Shown here: positions 19,117 to 29,061 of the stretch, one piece after another
How the letters are laid out: the number at the start of each line of letters is the position of its first letter
How positions within the stretch are numbered: the stretch's first letter is position 1
Assembly: GCA_025980325.1 (NCBI GenBank)
Contig: JAICXQ010000003.1
Coordinates: forward strand, 18,798-82,797
From: Frankiales bacterium
GTDB taxonomy: Bacteria > Actinomycetota > Actinomycetes > JAFAQI01
Reading direction: 5' to 3'
DNA: 64,000 nt
Position numbers and translations under genes: made by a program
Notes under the pieces: model-generated
Database searches by the model: none
What the model saw: the letters and a program-made list of their open reading frames with translations, nothing else
What the model was told of the DNA's origin: nothing

Positions 19117-21285
19117 GTGAGCCCTGTGGCCAGAAGCCGGCGCGCCGTCGCGCTGACCGCTGCCCTGGCCGTCGTCCTGCCGGTTGGCGCGGCCGCCGGT
19201 GCGGACACACCTCGCCCGGCCGACGGAATCGTGGTCGAGGCGGACGCGACCACGGCGGTGCTCGGCAACGCTGCCGTGTCCCGCACCTGGTCCCTCGTCG
19301 GCGGAGCCGTACGTACGACGGCGCTCGACGGCGCCGGCCGGCAGTGGGTGACCGCGCCCGGTGACGACTTCGCGTTGAATCTCGACGGCGTCCCGACGAC
19401 GTCGACGACCGGCTGGACGCTGCTGTCGGTGACGCCGGGCAGCGACTCGCTGCTGTTCCGCTACGCGCTCGCCTCGACCGCTACGGCGCCGGCCGGGATC
19501 GAGCTCGACCGGCGAGTGGTGCTGCGGCCCGGCTCGTCGGTGTTCGAGACGACGTCGACGCTGGTCGACAACGGGCCGGCGCCGGCGCGGGTGTCGTCGT
19601 ACACCCTCGACCAGGTCACGACGGCGGCGACGCTGCCGGCCGAGGTGCAGGCCTACAACGGCGGCTCGGACTGGCGCGACGACTACCGCCACGTCACCGA
19701 CGAGACCGCGGCCTTCGACGACGAAGGAGAGGTGCTGCGCGTCGGCGGCGACACCGGACTGTTCCTCGTGTCGCAGCGGCGCGGCGGCTCGATGAGCCGG
19801 GTCGGCCGCGACGCGACCGGGCGTACCTACGCCGGCGTCGACTGGGCGCGCGACCTGTTCGACTTCGGACCGCTGGAGTCGTCGCCGCCGTCGTACAACC
19901 GCCTGGACAACCCGGCGTACCCGGTGCCGGTCCGTGCGCGGGTGCTGCGGCCGCTGTCGTCGCTGGACCTCGGCACCGCCTACCTCGGTGTGTACTCCGG
20001 CGGCGCGGCCGAGGCGGCGGCGGCGTTCACGCGCGACTTCGCCGGTGCGGTCGAGCCGGCGTACGCGCACTCGGTCGACCTCAACACGTTCCACCCGTGG
20101 GGGCACGGTGACGGCATGAGCGACGCGAACCTGCGCCCGCAGGTCCTCGCGGCGAAGGCGCTCGGCGTCGAGACGTTCATGCTCGACGACCAGTGGCAGG
20201 GCGGCACCGGCGGCGAGAGCGGCGACTGGCGGTGGGACCCGGCCCGGTTCCCGGGCGCGGAGACCGACGATCGGCCGGACTTCGTCGACTACCTGCACCA
20301 GCAGGGCATGCAGCTCGGGCTCTGGATGTCGCCGCTGGAGTTCAACATGGCGTCGCAGACCTACGCCGCGCATCCGGACTGGGCCTGCGCTCCCGTCGGT
20401 GACGTGACCGCGCAGGATCCCGACGACGCCGGGCTCGGTGTGTGGGATGCGACCAACCCTGCGTTCCAGGACTACATGGTGGGAGTCGTCGACCGGCTCG
20501 TGGCGGACGACGGTGTCGTCGAGTTCAAGTTCGACTTCATGGCGTGGGTCGACTGCGGCGACCACGACTACGCCGACTACGAAGACGCTTTCGTCTCGCT
20601 CGTGCACCGGATGCAGCGGCGGCACCCCGGTGTGACGTTCGAGCTCGACGAGACGAACGACCAGCGCGCGTGGCCGTTCGAGTCGGCGGCGATCGGACCG
20701 TCATGGTTCGACAACGGGCACCTGCACGGCAGCACCGCGGTCGCGAAGCTGCTGCACGACGTGTGGAGCGCCGCACCGTGGGTGCCCACCGCGACCCTCG
20801 GGCTCGGTGTCTACGACGGGACGCTCACCGGCCCGTACGCGGGTGTCGCCGGAGTCGACGCGCTGTATCCGCTCGCGATGCTGACGCACGCGACGTTCTG
20901 GACCGACCTCACATCGCTGTCGGCCGATCAGCGGGCAGAGACTTCCTGGTGGATCGCGTGGTATCGCGCGCACTGCGATGAACTCGGCCCCGCCGTCTAC
21001 GAGTTGACCAATGCCGATCCGCTCGACGGGCAGTCGTGGGCGGCGTGGCAGCCGTGGAACGGCGACTCGGGTTACGTGTTCGCGTTCCGGCAGGCAGGCG
21101 GCCCCGCGACGGAATCGCTGCCGCTGCACGGCGTGAACTTGCGCGAGACGTACGCCGTCGCGGACGCGCGCACCGGCGCGCGACTCGGTGTGTACCGCGG
21201 CGCGGATCTCGCCGCCGGCCTTTCCATCAGTCTCGCGCCGTACAGCGCACGGGTCGTGTCAGTGAAGCCGCTAGGAGCGCACTAG
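19117..21285 (+). CDS. Secreted alpha-galactosidase-like glycoside hydrolase (GH36-like)
   Basis: FMLDDQW, GDW..DPARFP, GMQLGLWMSPLE, FKFDF; signal peptide. Confidence 0.8.
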   Translation: MSPVARSRRAVALTAALAVVLPVGAAAGADTPRPADGIVVEADATTAVLGNAAVSRTWSLVGGAVRTTALDGAGRQWVTAPGDDFALNLDGVPTTSTTGWTLLSVTPGSDSLLFRYALASTATAPAGIELDRRVVLRPGSSVFETTSTLVDNGPAPARVSSYTLDQVTTAATLPAEVQAYNGGSDWRDDYRHVTDETAAFDDEGEVLRVGGDTGLFLVSQRRGGSMSRVGRDATGRTYAGVDWARDLFDFGPLESSPPSYNRLDNPAYPVPVRARVLRPLSSLDLGTAYLGVYSGGAAEAAAAFTRDFAGAVEPAYAHSVDLNTFHPWGHGDGMSDANLRPQVLAAKALGVETFMLDDQWQGGTGGESGDWRWDPARFPGAETDDRPDFVDYLHQQGMQLGLWMSPLEFNMASQTYAAHPDWACAPVGDVTAQDPDDAGLGVWDATNPAFQDYMVGVVDRLVADDGVVEFKFDFMAWVDCGDHDYADYEDAFVSLVHRMQRRHPGVTFELDETNDQRAWPFESAAIGPSWFDNGHLHGSTAVAKLLHDVWSAAPWVPTATLGLGVYDGTLTGPYAGVAGVDALYPLAMLTHATFWTDLTSLSADQRAETSWWIAWYRAHCDELGPAVYELTNADPLDGQSWAAWQPWNGDSGYVFAFRQAGGPATESLPLHGVNLRETYAVADARTGARLGVYRGADLAAGLSISLAPYSARVVSVKPLGAH

Positions 21286-21353
21286 CCCTCGTCGTCGTAG
21301 CGCCGAAGCACGCCACTCCGCCCACAAGTGGACCGACGATGATGCTCGCTCAC

Positions 21354-21617
21354 CTACTCCGTGATCTTGTGCACGTTGCTTGCTGGTTCGTGAGGGTGTA
21401 ACTCCTGTTCGTCTGCCAGCAACTCGGGCTGGTTCCAGCTCCAGGCGGGTGGATTCCGGCGCGCCAGCCGGCGCCACCATGGAAAGAACAGCAGGCCCAA
21501 CGCGAGCGCGGCACCCAGGGTGAGCAACATCTCGACCGGACCGGACTCCCGCCACACATTTGCGAAACCGAAGAGCCCAAACGCAACTGCCCACCAGAAA
21601 CCTGGCCGGTGCCGCAT
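21354..21617 (-). CDS. Small membrane protein
   Basis: Two TM segments. Confidence 0.5.
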   Translation of the reverse strand: MRHRPGFWWAVAFGLFGFANVWRESGPVEMLLTLGAALALGLLFFPWWRRLARRNPPAWSWNQPELLADEQELHPHEPASNVHKITE

Positions 21618-21727
21618 GACGCGCAAGTACGCACGGAAAGTCGGCCCGCTCACGACTACATAATGAGGTGCCTCGCCACGACCGTCGTGTCCCGCCACCT
21701 ATCCGAGCCCAACGCCACGGAGGGCCT

Positions 21728-22380
21728 GTGTCACTCGTACGCGTTCACAATTTTGCGGTGTCGCTCGACGGATTCGGTACGGGGGAAGGGCAGAGCCTCG
21801 AGATGCCGTTCGGGCACGCGGAACATCCGGACGGAACTCGCGGCATCGACGACACAGGCTGCACGACTGGTTCTTTCCGACCCGTGCCTTCCGCGAGCAG
21901 CAGGGCCACGCGTTCGCCAGCCAATGGGGCCGAGGTATCGGCGTGGAGATCATGGGGCGCAACAAGTTCGGCTACCAGCGCGGCCCGTGGGAAGACGACG
22001 GGTGGACGGGATGGTGGGGGGACGACCCACCGTTCCATACGCCGGTCGTGGTGCTCACCCACCACGTGCGGCCCGCGATCGAGATGCAGGGCGGCACGAC
22101 GTTCCACTTCCTCGACGCGGCACCCGCGCAAGCACTCGACTTCGCCCGGAGCCTCGCCGGTGACCTCGACGTACGGATCGGCGGCGGCGTGTCGACGGTG
22201 CGCCAGTTCCTCGCCGCCGACCTGATCGACCACATGCACATCGCCGTCGTACCGATCGTGCTCGGGCGCGGAGAACGGCTATGGGACGGACTCGAAGACC
22301 TCGATCAGCGATTCGACATCGAGAGCGTAAGCGCACCGAGCGGCGTTACCCACGTCACTTTTACGCGCACATCAACCTGA
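21728..22380 (+). pseudogene. RibD C-terminal/dihydrofolate-reductase family gene, frameshifted by an internal segment swap
   Basis: VRVHNFAVSLDGF in one frame and EIMGRNKFG...DVRIGGG...GRGERLW in another; frame break near 21854. Confidence 0.8.
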
Positions 22381-22440
22381 GTCGCGAGCCCCCACCCCCG
22401 TGCGTACCGTTGCCCCCCACCGAGAGAGCGGCGCTGCCGA

Positions 22441-23058
22441 TCAGTGGCCCGGCTTGTACGGACTAGCGACCGGCGCAGGTGCGTCCATCGCGTGCGCGTC
22501 CGGCAGATCGCTGTCGACCTCGAGGACCTGCCCCGAGCGGGCGTCGACGAGCGCGATGATGTCGTGCAGGACGGTGGCGGCGCCGTCCTGCGACGACCCG
22601 CCGGGTGAGTCGGGGATGTTCACATACCGCACGACCCACACCGGTCGATTCGAAGTGCTGAGAACGAGATGACCATGCGCGTCATCCGTCCCGGCCCCGT
22701 GGTTGGTGTAGGCGGCCAAGAAGACTTGCGGTTTCGCACCCGAGATCGGGCCGCTGTACAGCCCGGTGGCCATGAACGCCGCGACAGCGTCGTCCCGCGA
22801 GACCGTCGGCCGCATCCCTCCTGCGGGTGGCTGGAAGTCCAGCATTCCGTGGTCGTAGGTGAATCGGTGGGTCAGCAATCCACCGCTGAGCGCGGGTTGC
22901 GCCTCAGCCGCCGGTGTCGCCGCCGTCACCGCGACTGCTGCGTGCGGCGCATGACTCGTCACGAGCGACGAATCATGTGTGGACGACTGGCCGCAGGCCG
23001 TCAGCCCGACCGCGACGCCAACGGCTCCGACAAGCAAGGGCATCCTGTTCGCATTCAT
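22441..23058 (-). CDS. Lipoprotein with PepSY-like motif
   Basis: Lipobox LTAC; VSRDDAVAA...PVWVVRY...LVDARSGQVL. Confidence 0.6.
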   Translation of the reverse strand: MNANRMPLLVGAVGVAVGLTACGQSSTHDSSLVTSHAPHAAVAVTAATPAAEAQPALSGGLLTHRFTYDHGMLDFQPPAGGMRPTVSRDDAVAAFMATGLYSGPISGAKPQVFLAAYTNHGAGTDDAHGHLVLSTSNRPVWVVRYVNIPDSPGGSSQDGAATVLHDIIALVDARSGQVLEVDSDLPDAHAMDAPAPVASPYKPGH

Positions 23059-23065
23059 GGCAACC

Positions 23066-23845
23066 TCAGCACCTCAAGGTCGTCGACGTCGACGTCGTCG
23101 AATAGAAGGAGAAACCGTCGGACCAAGACGATCGCGCATAGCGGACGGGGCTGTCTGCGCATGGGGCGTCCACCTGCCCGAGCGAGTTCGTCCAGTTGTT
23201 GGCGTAATTCTCGCCCTGCGCGCTCGTCAACGAGTCCGGCGAGGAGGACGTTCCCGGAACGTCATCGCCGATGTACTTCGTCTCCGCCGAGTACTGCAAG
23301 GTGTAGGGGTCGAGCGTGCTCCACGGCCACACCGTAAAAATGTCGAACGGCGTGGACGCTTTCACCACACCGTCGACCAGCATCTCCTCGTCACCGGTCG
23401 TCGAGTTCCAGCGAACTTGGTAGTGGTTGGTCCCGAACGTCTTGCAGCCATCGGCAGTATCGATGTGCCGGTGAAAGGTGTCGCTGTTGTCTCGCCGATA
23501 TTCGGTCGTCCAATATCGGCAGCTACCCCAGTACCGGAAGTAGCCGGCCTGCGCATACCCTTGGGAAGGTCCCATCTGGCCGGCGTGGATCATGACCCAG
23601 ACGAACCAGAAGTTCTCGGCCGTCTGGTCGCCGGTGTCACAGATCACTCCGTTGTTGATCGCGATCGTGGCGCCGACGCCCTCGTAGGTATTCGCGCTTG
23701 AATCAGGGTGCTGCATGATGTAGCCGTCGAAGTAGTTGTGCTCGCTCGACAGACAACTGACGGCGGCTTGTGCCGCCGGCGTCGACACCATGAGGGTGCC
23801 ACCGAGAAGGACGATCAAACACGCGACCACACGCATGAGGCGCAT
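23066..23845 (-). CDS. Secreted protein, possible glutamic-peptidase-like (G1/neprosin-type) fold
   Basis: Signal peptide; GV.ATI, WVM, YAQAGY, YSAET...PG; family call is inference. Confidence 0.5.
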   Translation of the reverse strand: MRLMRVVACLIVLLGGTLMVSTPAAQAAVSCLSSEHNYFDGYIMQHPDSSANTYEGVGATIAINNGVICDTGDQTAENFWFVWVMIHAGQMGPSQGYAQAGYFRYWGSCRYWTTEYRRDNSDTFHRHIDTADGCKTFGTNHYQVRWNSTTGDEEMLVDGVVKASTPFDIFTVWPWSTLDPYTLQYSAETKYIGDDVPGTSSSPDSLTSAQGENYANNWTNSLGQVDAPCADSPVRYARSSWSDGFSFYSTTSTSTTLRC

Positions 23846-23979
23846 CGCTGCCTCCCCCGTCGACTGCGCAAAGAGTATTGCGCACGCGATGAGGTGTGTA
23901 CCGTCCCAAAGGACTAAATCGCGTGGCTCCGCACATCGTCATGTTGTACGCGTGCGCGCGATCTCGGTGGAGGTGTTTT

Positions 23980-24723
23980 GTGGGATACGACAAGGGTCCG
24001 TCGCTGGCCGGTGCCCGGATCGAAGACGCCGACTTCTCCGGCGCTCGTCTGCATGCGCCGAACTTCGAGGGAGCGAGGATTACCGACGCTTGGCTCTACC
24101 GCGCCGACATCTCGGGAAACCTCGAAGGGCTGCGGCTGAACGGCGTCGAGGTGGCTCCGTTGGTGATGGCCGAGTTGGACCGTCGGTTTCCGCAGCGGGC
24201 GAAACTGCGCGCGACGGATCCGGCCGGCCTCGCCGAGGCCTGGGACATGATCGAGGATCTGTGGCGGGCAACGGTCGCTCGTGCCCGCGCGCTACCACTG
24301 CCGTTGCTGTTCGAGCGAGTCGACGACGAGTGGAGCTTCGTCGAAACGCTTCGTCACCTCGTCATGGCCACCGACTGCTGGCTGCGGCGCATGGTCAACG
24401 GGATCGAGCAGCCGTACCACCCATGGGCGCTGGCCGGATCGTGGCTCAGCGACCCCGCCGCCTGGGGGATCGACCCGGCCGCGACTCCGTCCCTGGACGA
24501 GGTTCTCGCGATTCGACGGGAGCGGATGGACGAGGTGCGGCAGACCATTGCCTCCGTCACACCCGACGAGCTGGAGCGAGTCTGCGTCCCGCCGCAAGCG
24601 CCCGGTCACCCGGACCGGCCGCACACGGTCGTCCGGTGCCTGCATGTGATCCTCGACGAAGAGTGGGAGCACAACCGCTACGCCGTGCGCGACCTCGAGG
24701 CCCTCGAGGCTCGCTCGGGCTGA
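23980..24723 (+). CDS. DinB family protein with N-terminal pentapeptide repeats
   Basis: LAGARIEDADFSGARL; EWSFVETLRHL; EEWEH. Confidence 0.88.
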   Translation: MGYDKGPSLAGARIEDADFSGARLHAPNFEGARITDAWLYRADISGNLEGLRLNGVEVAPLVMAELDRRFPQRAKLRATDPAGLAEAWDMIEDLWRATVARARALPLPLLFERVDDEWSFVETLRHLVMATDCWLRRMVNGIEQPYHPWALAGSWLSDPAAWGIDPAATPSLDEVLAIRRERMDEVRQTIASVTPDELERVCVPPQAPGHPDRPHTVVRCLHVILDEEWEHNRYAVRDLEALEARSG

Positions 24724-24792
24724 CTCCGCCGCCGAACCGGAAACGGCGCCCGTCCATGCGGAGATCCGAGCGCTGCGCTCTACCGTTGATCC

Positions 24793-25299
24793 ATGCGTGG
24801 CGAACCGCTTGTCGGCAACCCCGACCGGCAGCGGGCGACCTTGGCACGGGTCGCTGGCGCTGTCACCCGAGCACCCTGGTTGGACGCCCTGCTCCTGGTC
24901 GGATCGCTGGCGAGTGACACCGCTGACGCGCTCTCCGACGTCGACCTGTTGGTGGTCGTCCGCGAGGACCACTTCGAGCAGGCATGGGCCGACCGCGAAG
25001 CACTACAGGTTGCCGATCCGCTCTGCGCCTGGGACCAACCGCCGGTCGGAGACACGGAGGTCGCGGCGCACCGTTGACTGACGAGTGAGCTCGTCCTCGT
25101 GGAGGCGCTCATCGCGACTCCCAGCAGCGGCGTACGTCTCGCCGAGCCGTGGGTGGTCGTCACAGGCCATCACGACGCGCCGGCCCGCCTGACCCGTCGT
25201 CCTCCGATCGAACCGCGCGAGATGGGCGCGACGCCGCCGCATCCCGTCGAGGCCGCGTACGACGAGTTCAAGAGCCGCATCCGTCGCGCCTGCTCTTAG
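24793..25299 (+). pseudogene. Nucleotidyltransferase-domain gene with in-frame TGA at 25075-25077
   Basis: GSLA...DALSDVDL; frame continues past the TGA to TAG at 25299. Confidence 0.75.
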
Positions 25300-25310
25300 C
25301 GATGTGACGG

Positions 25311-26048
25311 GTGGCCGCCTTTACGCTCTCTCTTGTGTCAGCCGGACAGAACCCGAGCGGACTGCCGGACATCGGGCGAACGCTGGTCAGCGCCCGCTCT
25401 TTCGACGAGTACGTCGCGATGTTCGCGCTGACCGACGAAGACATGTCGCGCTCGATCCTCGACTGTCCGGGCGGAGCCGCCAGTTTCGCCGCCGAGGCGC
25501 ACGCGCGGGGCATGTCGGTCGTCGCCGTCGATCCCGTCTACGCCGCGCCGGCGCAATGGCTTGCCGAACACGCAGTCGCCGAGGCCGTGCGCGGCAACCG
25601 GCACACCGGCTCGTCCGTCGACTCGTTCGTCTGGACGTTCTTCACCGACATCACCGACCACCTCAACCGACGAACAGCCGCCGCGGCCACGTTCGGGCGT
25701 GACCTCGCCGCACGTCCCTCGACGTACGTCGCGGGGAGCCTGCCGCGCCTGCCGTTCCGCAACGCCTCGTTCGACATCGTGTTGAGTTCGCACCTGCTGT
25801 TCATGTACGCGGATCGGCTCGATCAGGAGTTCCACGTGGCAGCAGCGTGCGAGATGGCGCGCGTGGCGCGGCGCGAAGTCCGGGTGTTCCCGCTGATCAG
25901 CGACGCCGGGACCGACACGGGCGAACTGGTCGATGCGGTTCGAGACGGTGTCACCGCCCGCGGCTGCACGACCGCGATCAGGCCATCGCCGTACGAGTTC
26001 CAAAAGGGCGGCGACGAGATGTTGGTCATCGTCGTTCCCGAAACGTAG
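25311..26048 (+). CDS. Class I SAM-dependent methyltransferase
   Basis: RSFDEYVAMF, ILDCPGGAASF, LPF...SFDIVLSSHLLF. Confidence 0.88.
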   Translation: MAAFTLSLVSAGQNPSGLPDIGRTLVSARSFDEYVAMFALTDEDMSRSILDCPGGAASFAAEAHARGMSVVAVDPVYAAPAQWLAEHAVAEAVRGNRHTGSSVDSFVWTFFTDITDHLNRRTAAAATFGRDLAARPSTYVAGSLPRLPFRNASFDIVLSSHLLFMYADRLDQEFHVAAACEMARVARREVRVFPLISDAGTDTGELVDAVRDGVTARGCTTAIRPSPYEFQKGGDEMLVIVVPET

Positions 26049-26059
26049 CGCGCGGCCGG

Positions 26060-26836
26060 CTACTCGTTCCTGATCCCATCGGCCGCCGGATCACATGTCC
26101 GCACGAGCTCGACGAGTGTCTGACGTATCCGTACGGCGTTGTCGGGGTCGACGTACGCAGCCTCCGCGGCGAGCAGTTCGGCGGCTGCGGCGAACGCGCG
26201 CGTCAACTCGGCGCGATCGACGCCGTGCGGCAGTGTGGGTACGAGCCCGGCGGTGATTGCCGCCGGCAGCCGGTCGACACCGCGTCCTTCGTGGACGGGC
26301 ACATCGTGGCGAAGACAGACGAGCTGCACCGCGTGGTCGCGTACGCCGTCGATCATGTACACCGCCTGCCATCCGCGGCCGCGCGCGATGCTGGACCGTG
26401 CATGCAAGGCGTGCAGCCATCCCAACGCAAGCACCGAGTTCGGCTCGGAGCGCGGCGGCCACGCGACGTCGTTAGCCTCGCCGAACACCAGGCGAAAGCT
26501 CGGTCCGTACGCGCCGAACTTGTCGTCGGGCCAGAACGACAAGTCCAGCTGCAACGTGTCCGGCAGCAGGAAGACCCGGTACAGGCCGCCGTGCCTCCAG
26601 AGGTCCGTGCGTGCAACCGGATCGAGGCGCGCGCCGATCAGATCCGTCCACGAGTCGGCCACCTGCGCCACGTCGGCTCCCGGGACCAGCCGCAGCGCGA
26701 GGTCGATGTCGGACCATCGATCCGTGGCACTATCGGCGCCGGATCCCAACAGCGCCGCCGCCGTCACTCGCTCATCCTCGCGGGCAAGATCGGTGAGCCA
26801 GTCCCTCACCTGTTCGCGCGAGGTCGCCGTGAACAC
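26060..26836 (-). CDS. Nucleotidyltransferase domain protein
   Basis: LLGSGA...DRWSDIDL; LQLDLSF. Confidence 0.85.
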   Translation of the reverse strand: MFTATSREQVRDWLTDLAREDERVTAAALLGSGADSATDRWSDIDLALRLVPGADVAQVADSWTDLIGARLDPVARTDLWRHGGLYRVFLLPDTLQLDLSFWPDDKFGAYGPSFRLVFGEANDVAWPPRSEPNSVLALGWLHALHARSSIARGRGWQAVYMIDGVRDHAVQLVCLRHDVPVHEGRGVDRLPAAITAGLVPTLPHGVDRAELTRAFAAAAELLAAEAAYVDPDNAVRIRQTLVELVRTCDPAADGIRNE

Positions 26837-26858
26837 GGCTGCGAGCGTAGCCAGCCGT

Positions 26859-27497
26859 CTACTCGGTGGGTACGACGTCGATGAGGTCGTGCCGCTGCGC
26901 CCAGAGCGCGGCCGAGGTGCGGTCGCGAACGCCGATCCGGGTGAAGATGCGGCCGAGGTGTGCCTTGACGGTTTTTTCGCTGATGCCGAGCTGCGTGGCG
27001 ATGCTCTTGTTCGGCAGCCCGGCACCGACGAGCGCGAGCACGTGGCGTTCGCGAGGGCTCAGCTCGGCCACCGGCGATCCTGGCCGGGGACTTGGCAGCA
27101 ACGCGGTTGCCGCGCGCGGATCCAGCGGCGCATGGCCCGCTGCCGCAGCCTTGATCGCGCGGACGACGTCATCGGGCTCGCTGTCCTTGAGCAGGTAGCC
27201 GACGGCGCCGGCATGGATCGCATCGAGGATGCGTTCGGGCTGGCTCAGTGAAGTGAGCACGACCACGCGAATGCTCGGATCGCCGGTGAGGATCGCGCGC
27301 GTGGCCGCGACACCGTCGAGCCGGGGCATGCCGAGATCCATCAGCACCACCTCGGGCCGCTCCTGCGACGCCAACCGCACCGCGGTGTCGCCGTCGTCCG
27401 CGACCGCGACCACGTCGATGTCCGGTTCGGTGCGGAGCAGGTCGCTGAGCCCCTGCCGCATCAACGCGTGGTCGTCGGCGATCAGTACGCGGATCAT
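26859..27497 (-). CDS. NarL/LuxR family response regulator
   Basis: IADDH, VLMDL.MP..DG, LSPRE..VL...G.PNK.IA..LGISEKTVKAH. Confidence 0.95.
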   Translation of the reverse strand: MIRVLIADDHALMRQGLSDLLRTEPDIDVVAVADDGDTAVRLASQERPEVVLMDLGMPRLDGVAATRAILTGDPSIRVVVLTSLSQPERILDAIHAGAVGYLLKDSEPDDVVRAIKAAAAGHAPLDPRAATALLPSPRPGSPVAELSPRERHVLALVGAGLPNKSIATQLGISEKTVKAHLGRIFTRIGVRDRTSAALWAQRHDLIDVVPTE

Positions 27498-28825
27498 GCC
27501 GGCACCGCCGATCGGGCCGGGACGAGTAGCTCGACCGCCGCGCCGCCGTCGGGATTGTTGGCGATGCGCAGCCGGGCGCCGGCGTGGTCGGCGATGTCGG
27601 CGAGAAGGCGTAGCCCGGCGCCGCCGATGCCGCGATCCTGCGGGCCGGAGCGCTGCTCGGGTAGCCCGTGCCCGTTGTCGATGACGGCGAGGGCGAGCCA
27701 CTCGTCCTCTGCGGTGAGGCGGTAGGTGACGCGGGTGGCGTGCGCGTGTTTGACGACGTTGCGGGTGGCCTCCTGCGCGACCCGGAACATCAACTGCTCG
27801 GTGTCGGCGTCGACCGCCAGTTCGTCGTCGACCGCGAGGACGACCTCGATCCCGCGCGCACGCAGGGTTTCGGCGAGGTCGTGCAGTGCCGGTACGAGGC
27901 CGCGGGCGTGCAGCCGAGGCGGTGCGATCACCAGCACGTACGTGCGCAACTCGCGTACCCAGTGCCGAAGCTGCACGCCCATCTCGCGCATCGCGGTCGC
28001 GACACCGCTCACCCCGTCCTGGTCTGCTTCGTGAGCGGTGGCGGCCAGCCGGTAACTGATGGCGGCGATGCCCTGTACGACGCCGTCGTGCAGGTCGGCC
28101 GCCACCCGCCGTCGTTCCCGGTCCGCGGTGGCGAGCGTTTCGACGAAAGCCTGCTCGCGTTGCTCCTGCGCCTGACGCAGCCGGCGCGCCAGCAGGTACG
28201 CCAGCGGCGCTTGGATCAGATACAGCAGCAGGAGCCCGCCGAGCAACGCCGGCAACGAACGGACGAGCAATCGGTTGGAAGACTCCGTGATCGACTGGTA
28301 GCGCTGGTAGGTCTCGAACAACAGCCGTCGCCCCGACGGCGTGCGGACGCCGAGATACACCTCGAGCAGTTTCCCGAAGTGGCGTTCGGCCACGTTCTCC
28401 GGTGCGGTCAGGTTGCTGATCGCCGCGGCCGCGGGGCCGGTCAGCGCGACCTGCTCGTCCGGGCCGAGCGGGTAGCGCATCCCGATCAGCTGTGCGTCGT
28501 CGCTGTAGAGGATGGTGCCATCACTGGCCCAGATCTTGACCCGGACGACGTCCGCATTGAGGACGTGAGCACGGACCTGCCGGTCCAGCGCGTCACGCGC
28601 CGGGCCCGGCGCCAGCGAGGCATCGAGCAGGTACGGCGCCACGACGTCGCGAGCCTCCACCTCGGTGAGCGCCTTGGCCTGGGTCACGGCCTCGCGGTCG
28701 GTCTGATGACGCAACACCAAGACGACGGCCGACCCGATGACGGCAACAGCGATGAAGCCGGCAAGCAGGAACGCGGTCACCGCAAGTGTCGGGGTGAACG
28801 CCCACCGCCCGCGCGCGACCGTCAC
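27494..28825 (-). CDS. HisKA_3 sensor histidine kinase
   Basis: ERRRVAADLHDGVVQ, QEATRNVVKHA, DNGHG; ATGA overlap with the response regulator. Confidence 0.93.
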   Translation of the reverse strand: MTVARGRWAFTPTLAVTAFLLAGFIAVAVIGSAVVLVLRHQTDREAVTQAKALTEVEARDVVAPYLLDASLAPGPARDALDRQVRAHVLNADVVRVKIWASDGTILYSDDAQLIGMRYPLGPDEQVALTGPAAAAISNLTAPENVAERHFGKLLEVYLGVRTPSGRRLLFETYQRYQSITESSNRLLVRSLPALLGGLLLLYLIQAPLAYLLARRLRQAQEQREQAFVETLATADRERRRVAADLHDGVVQGIAAISYRLAATAHEADQDGVSGVATAMREMGVQLRHWVRELRTYVLVIAPPRLHARGLVPALHDLAETLRARGIEVVLAVDDELAVDADTEQLMFRVAQEATRNVVKHAHATRVTYRLTAEDEWLALAVIDNGHGLPEQRSGPQDRGIGGAGLRLLADIADHAGARLRIANNPDGGAAVELLVPARSAVPA

Positions 28826-29061
28826 ATCGCCTCCCCACCGCAGTGCCGATGCCCGACTCATCATGGACCGCCGCCGCGGCAGTCCGGGGCGCTTTTCGCC
28901 CAACAGGTGCGACCGGGTTGCCATGAGGAGGTGGGAACGGATGACTAGTCATCGCGTTCTTCAGGTCTTACGACCATCGTCTCATCGACAGAACTTCCCT
29001 GGCCCGCCAACGTGGCCTCAACGTCGCGGTCGGCGCCAGTCGCTGACAAGGGTGGTGCTCA

